64,000 nt of DNA, from sequence record MK817115.1; one strand, 5' to 3'. Shown here piece by piece: positions 1 to 10,193 of this stretch (position 1 is its first letter; each line of letters starts with the position of its first letter). Below the pieces are notes generated by a model. The model was not told where the DNA came from. It saw nothing but the letters and a program-made list of their open reading frames with translations, and ran no database searches. The position numbers were made by a program, and so were the translations under genes.

Positions 1-76
1 TGTTCAAGTACTGAATACTTTTTAAAATTAAGAAAATCTGAAATATCTAACATATACAATCCTCATAAATTTAGAC

Positions 77-105
77 AAAAAATTAGTCGAGAATAAATCT
101 CGACT
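77..105 (-). terminator. rho-independent terminator
   Basis: AGTCGAGA-5nt-TCTCGACT, U-tract on minus strand. Confidence 0.7.
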
Positions 106-214
106 TGTGTTTTACTTTACCATTTTTCATTTCTTTTTTACGATCCACATGTGTGTGAGGCTTGTTAAACTCATTCATGTGTTTCTGTACGAAATTGTTT
201 ACTTTCTTAGCCAT
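83..214 (-). CDS. small basic hypothetical protein (43 aa, below track cutoff)
   Basis: Hand-translated MAKKVNNFVQKHMNEFNKPHTHVDRKKE...; ends in terminator hairpin. Confidence 0.6.
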   Translation of the reverse strand: MAKKVNNFVQKHMNEFNKPHTHVDRKKEMKNGKVKHKSRFILD

Positions 215-216
215 AC

Positions 217-690
217 TTACTCCAAACTGGGATCTTTAACTGTTAGACTTTCTATGTCACTCGCATAAAGAACTACATTGGATTGATTTTCAGACACTTT
301 AAAGTCGTGATAACTGTCTTTGACGATAAAATTATCTAATATAAACCCTTTACTACAGCACATCATAATTTTATCATCTTTGATTGTGTAGGTGTTTTTC
401 TTTTTACGTACTTCAGATTGTGGCGTAATACTATCGTTATTACGAATAACACAATCAATATATTGTTCATTTGTACTCATAGGCATACCCATGATAAACG
501 AGTTTTCAGTACTGATTGTTAGTATAAAAACGTTAGTATTTGGGTTGTGAAAAAAATCATGCATTGTCTTGCTACACAAAAATAGACATTGAATAATGTC
601 CTTCACATTAAACATTATATCATGAACTTTGAATGCGTCCAACTCTAAAATGTCATCAATTTTCCCATTTTCAACAGTTTTAATCTCCAT
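217..690 (-). CDS. hypothetical protein
   Basis: 157 aa ORF in chained minus-strand run; no FQxS motif. Confidence 0.8.
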   Translation of the reverse strand: MEIKTVENGKIDDILELDAFKVHDIMFNVKDIIQCLFLCSKTMHDFFHNPNTNVFILTISTENSFIMGMPMSTNEQYIDCVIRNNDSITPQSEVRKKKNTYTIKDDKIMMCCSKGFILDNFIVKDSYHDFKVSENQSNVVLYASDIESLTVKDPSLE

Positions 691-732
691 GATCTATCCT
701 TGATCTTCTAATGCACTCCATGTGCGTTTTTA

Positions 733-1230
733 TTAAGTCACTGCATTATACTTCTCTATAGCATTAGTAATATTTAATATAGCTTCAGGAACCATTTCTT
801 TATTGTATTCACGTTTTAAATTTTCCATTTTCTTAATAATTTCCAAGAAAAATGGCAAAATGCATGAAGTATCTGTGAAATTACATGAGTACAAAGTACT
901 CATTTGAAATAATTCACCTGAATCAATATTAAGAGATTTGTATTCCTTAACAATGTTTTCGTTTGTATTGAAAATATGAAATACTGTTCCCATGTGATGA
1001 AGATATACACCATTCTCATTTTGAATATTGCATGGTGTGATTACAATAGCAGTGTTGTCAATATTATTTACTATTGATAAACGTAGACTATGTAAACCTA
1101 AAATAACAGTACAATCACTTGAACTGCTTTGAATTTGGTCAGCAGTTTGTGTAACACTTGTAATATTTTCCCCATCAAGACAACTCTTGATTTTATCAAA
1201 TGAATTTTTCATTGATTTAGTTAGATACAT
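733..1230 (-). CDS. FQxS-family hypothetical protein
   Basis: GELFQMSTL. Confidence 0.85.
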   Translation of the reverse strand: MYLTKSMKNSFDKIKSCLDGENITSVTQTADQIQSSSSDCTVILGLHSLRLSIVNNIDNTAIVITPCNIQNENGVYLHHMGTVFHIFNTNENIVKEYKSLNIDSGELFQMSTLYSCNFTDTSCILPFFLEIIKKMENLKREYNKEMVPEAILNITNAIEKYNAVT

Positions 1231-1634
1231 TTATGAACACCTTCGAAATATTTGATTAATGATTTTATCTTATCGCTACTAATGCCATGTAAGTCAACAC
1301 CTAAACACTCGTATTGAAAAAAATCAATATCCTCAAGCGTGTTTAGATCAATTTCCACCTTATCATGACCCAACGAATTCATAATAACGTTTTTATCATT
1401 AATTGTCAAGAAAGTTTTTTTATCTGAACCTAAAAAGATTTTTACGTGTTTTTTTGGCATTACATCATAAGATAAAGATTGTGAACCATAAATGTATATG
1501 CCTTCCATTGAACCAATATCTATAAAATATAGACGAATCCCTTTGTGGTATTTTGACTCCTTAGTGATCGCCTCTATTAGTTCATCTGTGGTTGTTAACC
1601 TTGTTTCTTTCTTCTCTAAATTGCTCAAATGCAT
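1221..1634 (-). CDS. FQxS-family hypothetical protein
   Basis: DIDFFQYECL. Confidence 0.8.
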   Translation of the reverse strand: MHLSNLEKKETRLTTTDELIEAITKESKYHKGIRLYFIDIGSMEGIYIYGSQSLSYDVMPKKHVKIFLGSDKKTFLTINDKNVIMNSLGHDKVEIDLNTLEDIDFFQYECLGVDLHGISSDKIKSLIKYFEGVHKCI

Positions 1635-2055
1635 AAAATAATACCTTGATCATTTGTAATGTTTCTGACATTACATCAGCAGAAAATTGAACATCAGTGT
1701 ATTTTACCATAGTACTTTGAGTAAAGAAAGTAGCTTCAATATCATCAAGGTCAAATGGTTCATCAAATAAATTAGTACTGAACATATCAGTTTTTTTCTT
1801 ATAAGTCAACATAAACTTAGCACTGTATCTCAATACAATTTCATCTTTACTTACTAAAATTCGTGCAATGTTCTGTCTACCCAGTGTTGTAATGTTAACA
1901 TTAAACGTATTCTTTCGTGCCTCAACAATATCAACGAAATAACCATCACCTTGGTAAACGTTATGACGAACTTCTAATCCTTGTTGAACTGTATTGAACA
2001 GTGCGTCCTGGATAAAATAATTTGCAGTATCGATGTTTCCTAAAATATCTAACAT
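1582..2055 (-). CDS. FQxS-family hypothetical protein (variant motif)
   Basis: EATFFTQSTMV. Confidence 0.8.
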   Translation of the reverse strand: MLDILGNIDTANYFIQDALFNTVQQGLEVRHNVYQGDGYFVDIVEARKNTFNVNITTLGRQNIARILVSKDEIVLRYSAKFMLTYKKKTDMFSTNLFDEPFDLDDIEATFFTQSTMVKYTDVQFSADVMSETLQMIKVLFYAFEQFREERNKVNNHR

Positions 2056-2585
2056 AACTTCTCCTTTATAGCTGTCATATTTAGAAGAAATTCAGTAAGC
2101 AATTCCTCCGTAACATGCTCTGTATACCAGAATATCACAATATCTTTTGAAAGTCGTGTATTCATAAAAATATCTACTAACTCTTTGTAGTACTCTAGCG
2201 TTTCGAGATTTGTGAGAATTAACGAGTACTGAAAGAGTAATTCTTCAGTTAGATTAAATTCTGGATAAAGTAAATCATTGAACTCATGTGATGCAGTTTG
2301 AACTTGAATTCGGTCAAAGTTATTGGTTATACAACCGGAATAAATATTTCGGTGCAACTCTCTGTACAACGCAGCATAATCTATGAATTTTGCTTTAGGG
2401 TTAAAATCAAGAACACTTTCACCTTTATATGACAATCGGTGGAACGCCGAGAACATAGTCACTTCCCACGGTTGCCTAATATCTAGCTCAGTGATATCAA
2501 TATTATTGGACAGAAGAACCGTAAAAATCTCACCAATCTTTAATAGTAATTTTGTACGTGCCAGTGCTACCATCGGGTCAGTCAT
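2049..2585 (-). CDS. FQxS-family hypothetical protein
   Basis: EELLFQYSLI. Confidence 0.85.
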   Translation of the reverse strand: MTDPMVALARTKLLLKIGEIFTVLLSNNIDITELDIRQPWEVTMFSAFHRLSYKGESVLDFNPKAKFIDYAALYRELHRNIYSGCITNNFDRIQVQTASHEFNDLLYPEFNLTEELLFQYSLILTNLETLEYYKELVDIFMNTRLSKDIVIFWYTEHVTEELLTEFLLNMTAIKEKLC

Positions 2586-2998
2586 TATACACCTTCATAT
2601 TCATCAAGAAAATCTTCGATAATCATTTCAGCTTCATCCATATGCATAGCATCAACTTCAATGATGCGAACTTTAGATGCATCCCAAATCATATAACTAG
2701 GAACATTATCAGGCTCGTAGTCATTTTTGTACTGAACAGCATCGTAACCTTTCGAAATACAATGTTCAATTAGTGCACGCCACTCATCATCACTACCTAA
2801 ATCTTCACACAGAAGCACGTTATCAACATCAACTTCTAAGGTATGCAAGTATACTGTACATGCGTCTACTACGTTCAGTGGGCTTCTCAGCTTGCGTAAG
2901 GCAGCTTCCAAAGCACTGTGTTTGCCTCCCATATGAAGTCCACCATACGGGATATAAAAGTTATCAATTTTTACAGTACTCGCATGATACAGTTTCAT
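2585..2998 (-). CDS. putative ADP-ribosyltransferase-fold protein (ART-PolyVal-like)
   Basis: LYHAS...GLHMG...GYDAVQYKNDYE...YMIWDASKVRII pattern. Confidence 0.5.
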   Translation of the reverse strand: MKLYHASTVKIDNFYIPYGGLHMGGKHSALEAALRKLRSPLNVVDACTVYLHTLEVDVDNVLLCEDLGSDDEWRALIEHCISKGYDAVQYKNDYEPDNVPSYMIWDASKVRIIEVDAMHMDEAEMIIEDFLDEYEGV

Positions 2999-3007
2999 AT
3001 TTCATTC

Positions 3008-3592
3008 CTATTTCAGTACTTTAGTCAATGCTTTCACAGCGGTTTCGAGTTGAGCATAGTCGTTAATTGTAAGGTAATGAATACCATGTGCATTCATTTC
3101 AGCATCTATTTTATTATATAAATCAAACATGTCAAGGATATGATTGTATGCATATGAAGTATTTGAAACACACAATTCTTGGAACAAACGTTCTTCCAAG
3201 TCATTCACAACTTCTCCATGAATATCAAGTACTACACCATCTTTGTAAGTGTAGTACTCTTCACTCCACTCTTCAGAAAGTCGGAACAGTAACGGATTCC
3301 CGCCGAACACTTCCATGTCATAGGAATTTATCTCACTAAGTAGTGTTTCACCTGGTTCTGGTGTGAAGTCAAAATATGCGAGTGTTGTACCATCATAGTC
3401 CTTGAGTGATATACCAGTATGATTTAAGGTTACTTCACCATAATTATTATTCTTGAACTTGATTTTGATATTAATCTCAATGTATTTTATTGTCTCATCA
3501 TCACTGAAATTGTAATCAATTTTATACTTTTTCCAAAGAAGTTTGATATCTTTGAAGTACTTTAATTTACTTTCAATTTCTTTAAAGTCCAT
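3008..3592 (-). CDS. FQxS-family hypothetical protein
   Basis: EERLFQELCV. Confidence 0.85.
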   Translation of the reverse strand: MDFKEIESKLKYFKDIKLLWKKYKIDYNFSDDETIKYIEINIKIKFKNNNYGEVTLNHTGISLKDYDGTTLAYFDFTPEPGETLLSEINSYDMEVFGGNPLLFRLSEEWSEEYYTYKDGVVLDIHGEVVNDLEERLFQELCVSNTSYAYNHILDMFDLYNKIDAEMNAHGIHYLTINDYAQLETAVKALTKVLK

Positions 3593-4184
3593 CTGGAACC
3601 ACCATTTCTTGAATGTGCTTACATTTTATATTTGCCATATTGGTATGTAATATAATGCTGTGTTTACGCAATGATTTTACTTTGTAGCACTCATTGAGTA
3701 CCGAAATAATTCCCCATAACTCTTCTACACTAATAGTGATAGGTTCACTTGTACTCAGTTGCATCAGTGCTGCTTGAACATCATCTTTGTTATTAATAGT
3801 GAACTGGATTCCTCTTTTGAGAATTTTAGTTTTTGGATTGTACTCAGCTAATACATCACCTTCTGGATAACCCTCATGAAGTAATAATGTTGTTTCAAAA
3901 TCACCGCAGTTGAAGTTAATTTCATCATAATCAGGTACACAAATGTTCCCTTCCCCGTACTCATTAGGTTCAGATTCTAGTGTTAAAATACGCTGAGTCT
4001 CATTGCTCAGGATGATAGAATCATTCCAGTACTGGGTAGTGAATGCTCTACGTTTCTTTTGAAAGCACATACTCGACATTGACCCATACTTCTTGTATAT
4101 GGACTTCTTGAACTCAATAGCAGCAGGAGCCACCTTGATAACTTCACGAATTAAGTCAATAGCTTCTTGATAACTTTTTCTCAT
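3582..4184 (-). CDS. FQxS-family hypothetical protein (variant motif)
   Basis: QAALMQLSTS. Confidence 0.8.
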   Translation of the reverse strand: MRKSYQEAIDLIREVIKVAPAAIEFKKSIYKKYGSMSSMCFQKKRRAFTTQYWNDSIILSNETQRILTLESEPNEYGEGNICVPDYDEINFNCGDFETTLLLHEGYPEGDVLAEYNPKTKILKRGIQFTINNKDDVQAALMQLSTSEPITISVEELWGIISVLNECYKVKSLRKHSIILHTNMANIKCKHIQEMVVPDGL

Positions 4185-4732
4185 TTATCGTATCCATATA
4201 AAATATGATCTAGTGTACTTTGGACTTCTTCATGAAAGAATGAAGGGTAAACTTGTATTAATTTATCTTTAAGTTCAAGGGAATGGCATAGTTCTAATGT
4301 TTTGTAACAATCCTCGTACTGTGCCAGATCATGTAATGTACTTAACTGAAAATGTTGTTCTTCGGAGTACAATAAATCATAAACCATATTATCGGATAAA
4401 AGATTAGATTTGATTGAAGGATCAAGTACTGTCTGGTGGTGACCAACCCAAAAGATAGCTTTTGAGTTAATGTTATTACAACCCCATCCTTTCCCCATCT
4501 TTTGGTGAATAGCAAATACACAGGAATCATACAAATTAATGCTCAGACGTTCTTCGTCTGCATGGATAGTTACACCATCAATAGATAGTGTATATTTGAA
4601 ATCCATAGCCCCCTCACTTCGTGCACGAGAACTAAAGACCAGATATCGATGAATTATGGTATTGATTTTATCTGTCCATCCATCAACACATTTGGATGCA
4701 CATAATGTAAAAAGATCATGATTGTAGTTCAT
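4181..4732 (-). CDS. FQxS-family hypothetical protein
   Basis: EEQHFQLSTL. Confidence 0.85.
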   Translation of the reverse strand: MNYNHDLFTLCASKCVDGWTDKINTIIHRYLVFSSRARSEGAMDFKYTLSIDGVTIHADEERLSINLYDSCVFAIHQKMGKGWGCNNINSKAIFWVGHHQTVLDPSIKSNLLSDNMVYDLLYSEEQHFQLSTLHDLAQYEDCYKTLELCHSLELKDKLIQVYPSFFHEEVQSTLDHILYGYDK

Positions 4733-4750
4733 AAAATTCTCCTTTAGGAC

Positions 4751-4788
4751 AATGTATCATACAAAAATACCAGAGTCAACCCCTGGTA
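4751..4788 (-). promoter_or_regulatory. terminator hairpin with sigma70 -35 inside it
   Basis: Minus: TACCAGGG-GTTGA-CTCTGGTA-TTTTT; TTGACT-17-TACATT. Confidence 0.55.
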
Positions 4789-4793
4789 CGAAT

Positions 4794-5375
4794 TTAATCC
4801 ATCATAAGTGGGATAATTGCCCATATCTTTTTCATAATCATATCTTCAGTAAAAACAAATGTTTTAGGAGCAGTATATGATATTGACACACCAAATGGAA
4901 GTTTGATTGCATCATCAATTATATTATGAATATCAAACCATGTTTTAACATAATCATACGGTGGAAGTTCATGAATTGTACTTAACTGAAAGTAATTCTC
5001 TTCACCAAAATCACTATATTCAATTTCACAAATTTTAGTGAATTGATGATTCCATTTAGATATAATACTATTTTTATTATTGTACATAGTAGTTCTATGC
5101 ATAAAACCATTTTTGCTAGTATGATTTGATATTACGTTTTCTTCAATGTCAGTATCTATTTTAAAATTCATATCAAAGTTGTAGTACGGACTTGACGATT
5201 CTTTGAATTTTAAATGTAAATTGCGATTGTTATTAATTTCAATTTCAATACAAAACACATCTGAATCAAAACGATTAAACTTGTAATCGTTATCTTCCGG
5301 TAGATTCTGTATTTTTTTCATAATACTAAGCATAGGGTGTACTACACTTTTAATAAAATCATTTGTTATTTTCAT
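4794..5375 (-). CDS. FQxS-family hypothetical protein
   Basis: EENYFQLSTI. Confidence 0.85.
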   Translation of the reverse strand: MKITNDFIKSVVHPMLSIMKKIQNLPEDNDYKFNRFDSDVFCIEIEINNNRNLHLKFKESSSPYYNFDMNFKIDTDIEENVISNHTSKNGFMHRTTMYNNKNSIISKWNHQFTKICEIEYSDFGEENYFQLSTIHELPPYDYVKTWFDIHNIIDDAIKLPFGVSISYTAPKTFVFTEDMIMKKIWAIIPLMMD

Positions 5376-5868
5376 AGTATTCCTTTAGAACTTTATATGA
5401 TTCAACAATACTATCTTGTGTATAATTTGAACTATATACAACAGCACTTGTTTTAGTTGACCATAGATATGACATAAAGGTTATAACACTACTACATGGA
5501 CTTAATGTATTGTTTTGAAATTCAATTTCTTCAATGTTATCAGTACTGGTATAGATGAATTGGAAAGTACCCATTGATTTATTGGACAGCGATACTATAG
5601 TAGAATCCGTACCAGGACTATACATGAATGTCTCATTACTAATTGAACTATCATTAGTATATGATGGTTTGGGAATATAAATCAAACGCATGATATCGCG
5701 TTCAAGACCTGACTTATTACTTTCCACCAAAGAAATCATATCTATATTTGATATATGTTCAACACTGACATGGAACTTTTTGTCGAGAATCACATCTCCA
5801 TGAGAATTTTTATATGAAGACAAAATCTCATACATCTCAACTAATTCGCGTGCATTTAATAAACTCAT
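5359..5868 (-). CDS. FQxS-family hypothetical protein
   Basis: EEIEFQNNTL. Confidence 0.85.
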   Translation of the reverse strand: MSLLNARELVEMYEILSSYKNSHGDVILDKKFHVSVEHISNIDMISLVESNKSGLERDIMRLIYIPKPSYTNDSSISNETFMYSPGTDSTIVSLSNKSMGTFQFIYTSTDNIEEIEFQNNTLSPCSSVITFMSYLWSTKTSAVVYSSNYTQDSIVESYKVLKEYYENNK

Positions 5869-6293
5869 GTTTTGTCTCTTAATGAAAGAATATCCTTAGT
5901 ATAAACTGAAACAGAAATATGATTATATTTCATCATTAATTTATACACATAAGAAGCTAGTACTAAATCGTAAATTAATTTAGTATTATACAGTACTTGG
6001 TATTGTAACGCAAGTGAATCAATATCATCTTTACTTTCAATATCCAGAAATGTACCGAAAAATGTAGTACCGTAGAGATGAAAAGTGGAATTAATGCAAT
6101 CAATGCATTCATTGTCCAATAGAGTAGATGCTGATGCCCTCGGTGAATCCCAAATAGTCACTGCGTGTATGCCCTCAACGAACAAATCTATCCATATTTT
6201 GTGTCGTTGTCTTTTTTTTGTTTTATAATTTTCTGGATTTGAAAGTGTAGTTTCAATTATATCCCATATGTACAAACAATCATCTCTTGTCAT
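5865..6293 (-). CDS. hypothetical protein (weak FQxS-like motif)
   Basis: DSLALQYQVLY; ATGA-coupled to neighbours. Confidence 0.8.
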   Translation of the reverse strand: MTRDDCLYIWDIIETTLSNPENYKTKKRQRHKIWIDLFVEGIHAVTIWDSPRASASTLLDNECIDCINSTFHLYGTTFFGTFLDIESKDDIDSLALQYQVLYNTKLIYDLVLASYVYKLMMKYNHISVSVYTKDILSLRDKT

Positions 6294-6871
6294 TGTAGCA
6301 CCTTATCCATTGCTGCATTTAATGCTTTTAAACGATCAACATTCAAAGTATTGAAGATGTACGTTCCTAAAATGTGGAAATCGAATTGGTTCTTTTTGTA
6401 TGTATGATAAATTAAACTACAAAAAACAACAGTACTAAGAACCTCTTCAGGTATAACAGTGCTCATCTGGAACAGTTCTTCTTCAACTGTACTTGAATCT
6501 GGATTGATAGCTTTTAACACATACTCTTCATCACCGAATAGTACTTTAATATTATATAAAACACCAATAGTACTAATATGGAATGGGTGATGTGAAAAAC
6601 TTCCATCATCCTTAATTTGTATATCGGTTCTAATCTCACACTCTTCATTACTTTTACTTTTATTTTTTACAATACAAATATTTCTGGCCCCAGAAATAGT
6701 AAGAATACCGTGGTCGTAATATTCATTTGACCAACATTTAGATGAAATTGATACATCACGGATGAGATATTGTTTTTCAATTTCTTTCGCACTACCAACA
6801 ATTGATAGCATTTTTTTACTGATATCATATAATAACTGATGGCGTTCTGTCATATAACTATAAGCGTTCAT
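6290..6871 (-). CDS. FQxS-family hypothetical protein
   Basis: EEELFQMSTV. Confidence 0.85.
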   Translation of the reverse strand: MNAYSYMTERHQLLYDISKKMLSIVGSAKEIEKQYLIRDVSISSKCWSNEYYDHGILTISGARNICIVKNKSKSNEECEIRTDIQIKDDGSFSHHPFHISTIGVLYNIKVLFGDEEYVLKAINPDSSTVEEELFQMSTVIPEEVLSTVVFCSLIYHTYKKNQFDFHILGTYIFNTLNVDRLKALNAAMDKVLQ

Positions 6872-7442
6872 ATTTTTCCTTAACAGATTCTATATTTTGA
6901 AGTAGTGTATTCAGAACATCAGTCTTGCAATTGATAAAATCATTGTACATAACTAGTTCACCACAATCAAGAATTTTTGCAGTATCGTAACAAAGCATTA
7001 AGTACTCGAATTCTTTGTAATTGTCCAACAAGGATTTCTGGAAAATGAATGCATCTCGAATATCTTCACTTTGGTCTAATTCTGGTGGAACATCCAACCC
7101 AATAAATCCATCATCTTCACTGAAATTAGATTCTACAATTTTATTCATTTTTTCATGTAATGCATTCGCAAATACCATATTAGAAGAAATAGAACCAATA
7201 CGTTCACGATTTCTGGATGTGCGAATGTACATAGTAATCGTATCCCATGAACTTTTAATTTTTTTAGAAAATTCATAAGTTTTATATACATCCAACTGAA
7301 CTGATCCAAAACGATGTTTGGATTTGTTTTCAATTTTCAGTCGATAATCATCAAATTCAACAATTTCTGTAATGTCATGAATCTCTGAAAGTTCTGCAAT
7401 GTCATGCATGAGTCTCAAAATTTTAGTTCTGATATGGTTCAT
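6858..7442 (-). CDS. FQxS-family hypothetical protein
   Basis: DAFIFQKSLL. Confidence 0.85.
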   Translation of the reverse strand: MNHIRTKILRLMHDIAELSEIHDITEIVEFDDYRLKIENKSKHRFGSVQLDVYKTYEFSKKIKSSWDTITMYIRTSRNRERIGSISSNMVFANALHEKMNKIVESNFSEDDGFIGLDVPPELDQSEDIRDAFIFQKSLLDNYKEFEYLMLCYDTAKILDCGELVMYNDFINCKTDVLNTLLQNIESVKEKYERL

Positions 7443-8017
7443 TGTGCATCCTCGAATTTAACAGGTACATGTTCATTAATGAAATTCTTAAGAGCCTGTA
7501 CTAAATCCTCTAATTCTTTTGTACTGTATTTTAAAATAGTTTTAAAGTGAATCAAATCTTTTCTTTCCATGATCTTTGGAATTTTATATGCTAACTCTAA
7601 ACAGCGTACAGTACTGGCATCATACAAAAGGTTTGCGTTGAACATTAGAACATTGTATTCATCAGATGAAATTTTATAATTATATGTATCAATCACTTCA
7701 TGTGTGTATAAATTCTTATACACAATTTTATTCTCACTGAAGTTTGAGCAAACACACAGATGATCGTTGTAAAATGAAGAACGATAATCTTGTTTACGTT
7801 GTACATCTGCTATGATTTGTAATACTGTATATTTTTCTTCAGAATCCAACTCAATGTTAGCATAACTGCTCGCAGTTTCAGATACAAGGATATTGATGTT
7901 ATATTTCTCATTAACTTTAATGTACTGGCGTGAGCCAGTATCAGGAATGAACTTAAAACAATGCTTCAGAAGTAATGTGACTTCTTTAATTAATTCAGTA
8001 CTCATAGATTCCTCCAA
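7439..8017 (-). CDS. hypothetical protein (variant FQxS motif)
   Basis: NVLMFNANLLYD. Confidence 0.8.
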   Translation of the reverse strand: MEESMSTELIKEVTLLLKHCFKFIPDTGSRQYIKVNEKYNINILVSETASSYANIELDSEEKYTVLQIIADVQRKQDYRSSFYNDHLCVCSNFSENKIVYKNLYTHEVIDTYNYKISSDEYNVLMFNANLLYDASTVRCLELAYKIPKIMERKDLIHFKTILKYSTKELEDLVQALKNFINEHVPVKFEDAQ

Positions 8018-8032
8018 CTCTAGTTAAAATCA

Positions 8033-8094
8033 AGTATAACACACCTGAATGCTCTTGTAAAGCCATAAACACAAAAAGACCCATACGGGTCTTT
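8033..8094 (-). promoter_or_regulatory. terminator followed by sigma70 promoter
   Basis: AAAGACCC-4nt-GGGTCTTT + U-tract; TTTACA-17-TATACT. Confidence 0.65.
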
Positions 8095-8659
8095 ATTTTG
8101 GTAAAACACTGTCAATGTACGCTAGAACCTCATCTCGAAGGTACGTTCCATCTATAGTTAGGTAATAGTTCATGGGAATATCACTCCCAACCTTCTCATA
8201 AATTTTCATACATGATATCACATCTTCATCACAAATGGTACTCAATTGAAAAAGAACTTCATCGGTTAACGGTACGATATCATGTTTAGATAGGGGATTT
8301 GTATTTTCATTCAACACAATATTAATCAAGTTAGGAGTATTCTTTGACGAAATATAACGATGCTTACTACGAATTACCATTCTCGATAGTGAAATACTGG
8401 AACTCCATCTTGGATCAACATCTTCATATGATAACGATATTAACATCTCGTGAAAATCTTGAAATTTCATTGACGCATAATATGTTTTATCCTCACCGTA
8501 CATACCAAATGATTTAAATTCAATATCCCCCACTTTGTATGTATCGACATCATTATTTGAGAACTTTATTAAACTATTAATTAGTCTAATTAGAATATCA
8601 TCTTTATCCATTCTTAAATAACTCCAAGTGCATGTCGTATAAATCTCTGAAGTCTTCAT
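8093..8659 (-). CDS. FQxS-family hypothetical protein
   Basis: DEVLFQLSTI. Confidence 0.85.
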   Translation of the reverse strand: MKTSEIYTTCTWSYLRMDKDDILIRLINSLIKFSNNDVDTYKVGDIEFKSFGMYGEDKTYYASMKFQDFHEMLISLSYEDVDPRWSSSISLSRMVIRSKHRYISSKNTPNLINIVLNENTNPLSKHDIVPLTDEVLFQLSTICDEDVISCMKIYEKVGSDIPMNYYLTIDGTYLRDEVLAYIDSVLPK

Positions 8660-9167
8660 AGAAATCTTTTTCTACCAGAATATCCTTTAAACTAGGAAAC
8701 TCTTCCATAATTTCTTCTATATCCGATTCTATGAAAAACCCTGATGGTTTATCGTAGTTTTGTAACAGATAACTGAAAGTAATAATGTAAAGAAGTTCAT
8801 TAGGATTGTGAATTAAACTTAGCTGGAACATAGCTGATTCTAAATCGGATTCAGTACTAAGATCAACCCAACGTGAATTTCTATAATCAATTCGTACTTG
8901 ACTTGTATTTGGATTCCATGTGAAGCAATGTGTACCAATATGACCTATACAACCAACCCTTGTACTGTCTCCGGTATCAACACTGATATCAACAAATAGT
9001 TCAACACAGATATCGGATGATGTTACACGACCTTTTTTCAGAAATAAATCATTATCCTTACGAAATTGTTTGGATGAAAGAGTGTCAATGATGCACATCA
9101 ATGTTTTTGCAAATGCAACACAATGACGAAATTCAAGCCTATGAAATTGGTAATCATTGATATTCAT
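8604..9167 (-). CDS. FQxS-family hypothetical protein
   Basis: ESAMFQLSLI. Confidence 0.85.
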   Translation of the reverse strand: MNINDYQFHRLEFRHCVAFAKTLMCIIDTLSSKQFRKDNDLFLKKGRVTSSDICVELFVDISVDTGDSTRVGCIGHIGTHCFTWNPNTSQVRIDYRNSRWVDLSTESDLESAMFQLSLIHNPNELLYIITFSYLLQNYDKPSGFFIESDIEEIMEEFPSLKDILVEKDFYEDFRDLYDMHLELFKNG

Positions 9168-9706
9168 AATTCAACCCCCAATATTTTATCAGCAATTGAT
9201 ATAACCTTATCATTGAATACATTACCAATCTCAATCCTTATATACATAGCAGGTGGAATCTTTCCTTGTAGTGAATAATATGTTTGTATACCTAAGTACT
9301 CATTATCTGATAATGAAAATTTGATTCTCTCCATATCAATGTCTGTTACTGGTAAATCAATCATTTCATAATGGTAGTCAACGTTTTCAGTGTATATTTT
9401 ATCGAAGTAATTTGAATAATCACTACTAATATAGATGCTATCATCACGAATAATCACTTTATAATCAGAAGGTTCAAATTTATCTTTAGAAGAAAAGAAT
9501 GCATCATCTATCTTCTCTTCTCTTATACCGAATAACATTTTACCATCATATTTTACATCAAGAATACTACCTAGTATATTAATGGTACAATGCTCATCAA
9601 TATTATGACGTAAAGAACGAGTCTTGTATTTTGGGTTAATGAAAATTTTCATTAATTTTATACAAATGTCAGTAATGCATTTTACATTCTCATTTTCTAT
9701 GTACAT
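9164..9706 (-). CDS. hypothetical protein
   Basis: 180 aa chained ORF; motif at best degenerate. Confidence 0.8.
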   Translation of the reverse strand: MYIENENVKCITDICIKLMKIFINPKYKTRSLRHNIDEHCTINILGSILDVKYDGKMLFGIREEKIDDAFFSSKDKFEPSDYKVIIRDDSIYISSDYSNYFDKIYTENVDYHYEMIDLPVTDIDMERIKFSLSDNEYLGIQTYYSLQGKIPPAMYIRIEIGNVFNDKVISIADKILGVEL

Positions 9707-10193
9707 TAAAAGCCCTCTTTAATTCTTTTACATTTTTAATGAATACTTTCATTGCAGAAATCTCAAAAGATAATGTATTAAATTTGCAGTACTTTTTAAA
9801 GTACGACATTATGAATAACATTTTGAGTTCTTTTTCTGTATAAATTAAACTGTTTTGAAAGTAACTTTCTTCGGAAATGTCCGTAAGAAAAGAATAAAAT
9901 GTATTTTGCTTGTGCACAATTTTAATACTATCAGACCAAGATTTGTATGAAACGTAATCAGTACGTGCAAAATCATATAGTGAATTAGATGTATCTGTGT
10001 ATGTTTCCGAGAACACAATCTTATATATCTTATCTTGAATTCGAGAACATATGTACCTATGGTCATCTGTCTCACTGATTGCAATGTATCTATGGAGTAA
10101 ATCTTTATGAGCATTGATGAACTCAAACACTTCTAAACACTCCTTAGCGAACTTCATAGTTTCTCTGTACTTTCGGTTCATTAGTCTCTCCAA
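9690..10193 (-). CDS. FQxS-family hypothetical protein
   Basis: EESYFQNSLI. Confidence 0.85.
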   Translation of the reverse strand: MERLMNRKYRETMKFAKECLEVFEFINAHKDLLHRYIAISETDDHRYICSRIQDKIYKIVFSETYTDTSNSLYDFARTDYVSYKSWSDSIKIVHKQNTFYSFLTDISEESYFQNSLIYTEKELKMLFIMSYFKKYCKFNTLSFEISAMKVFIKNVKELKRAFNVHRK

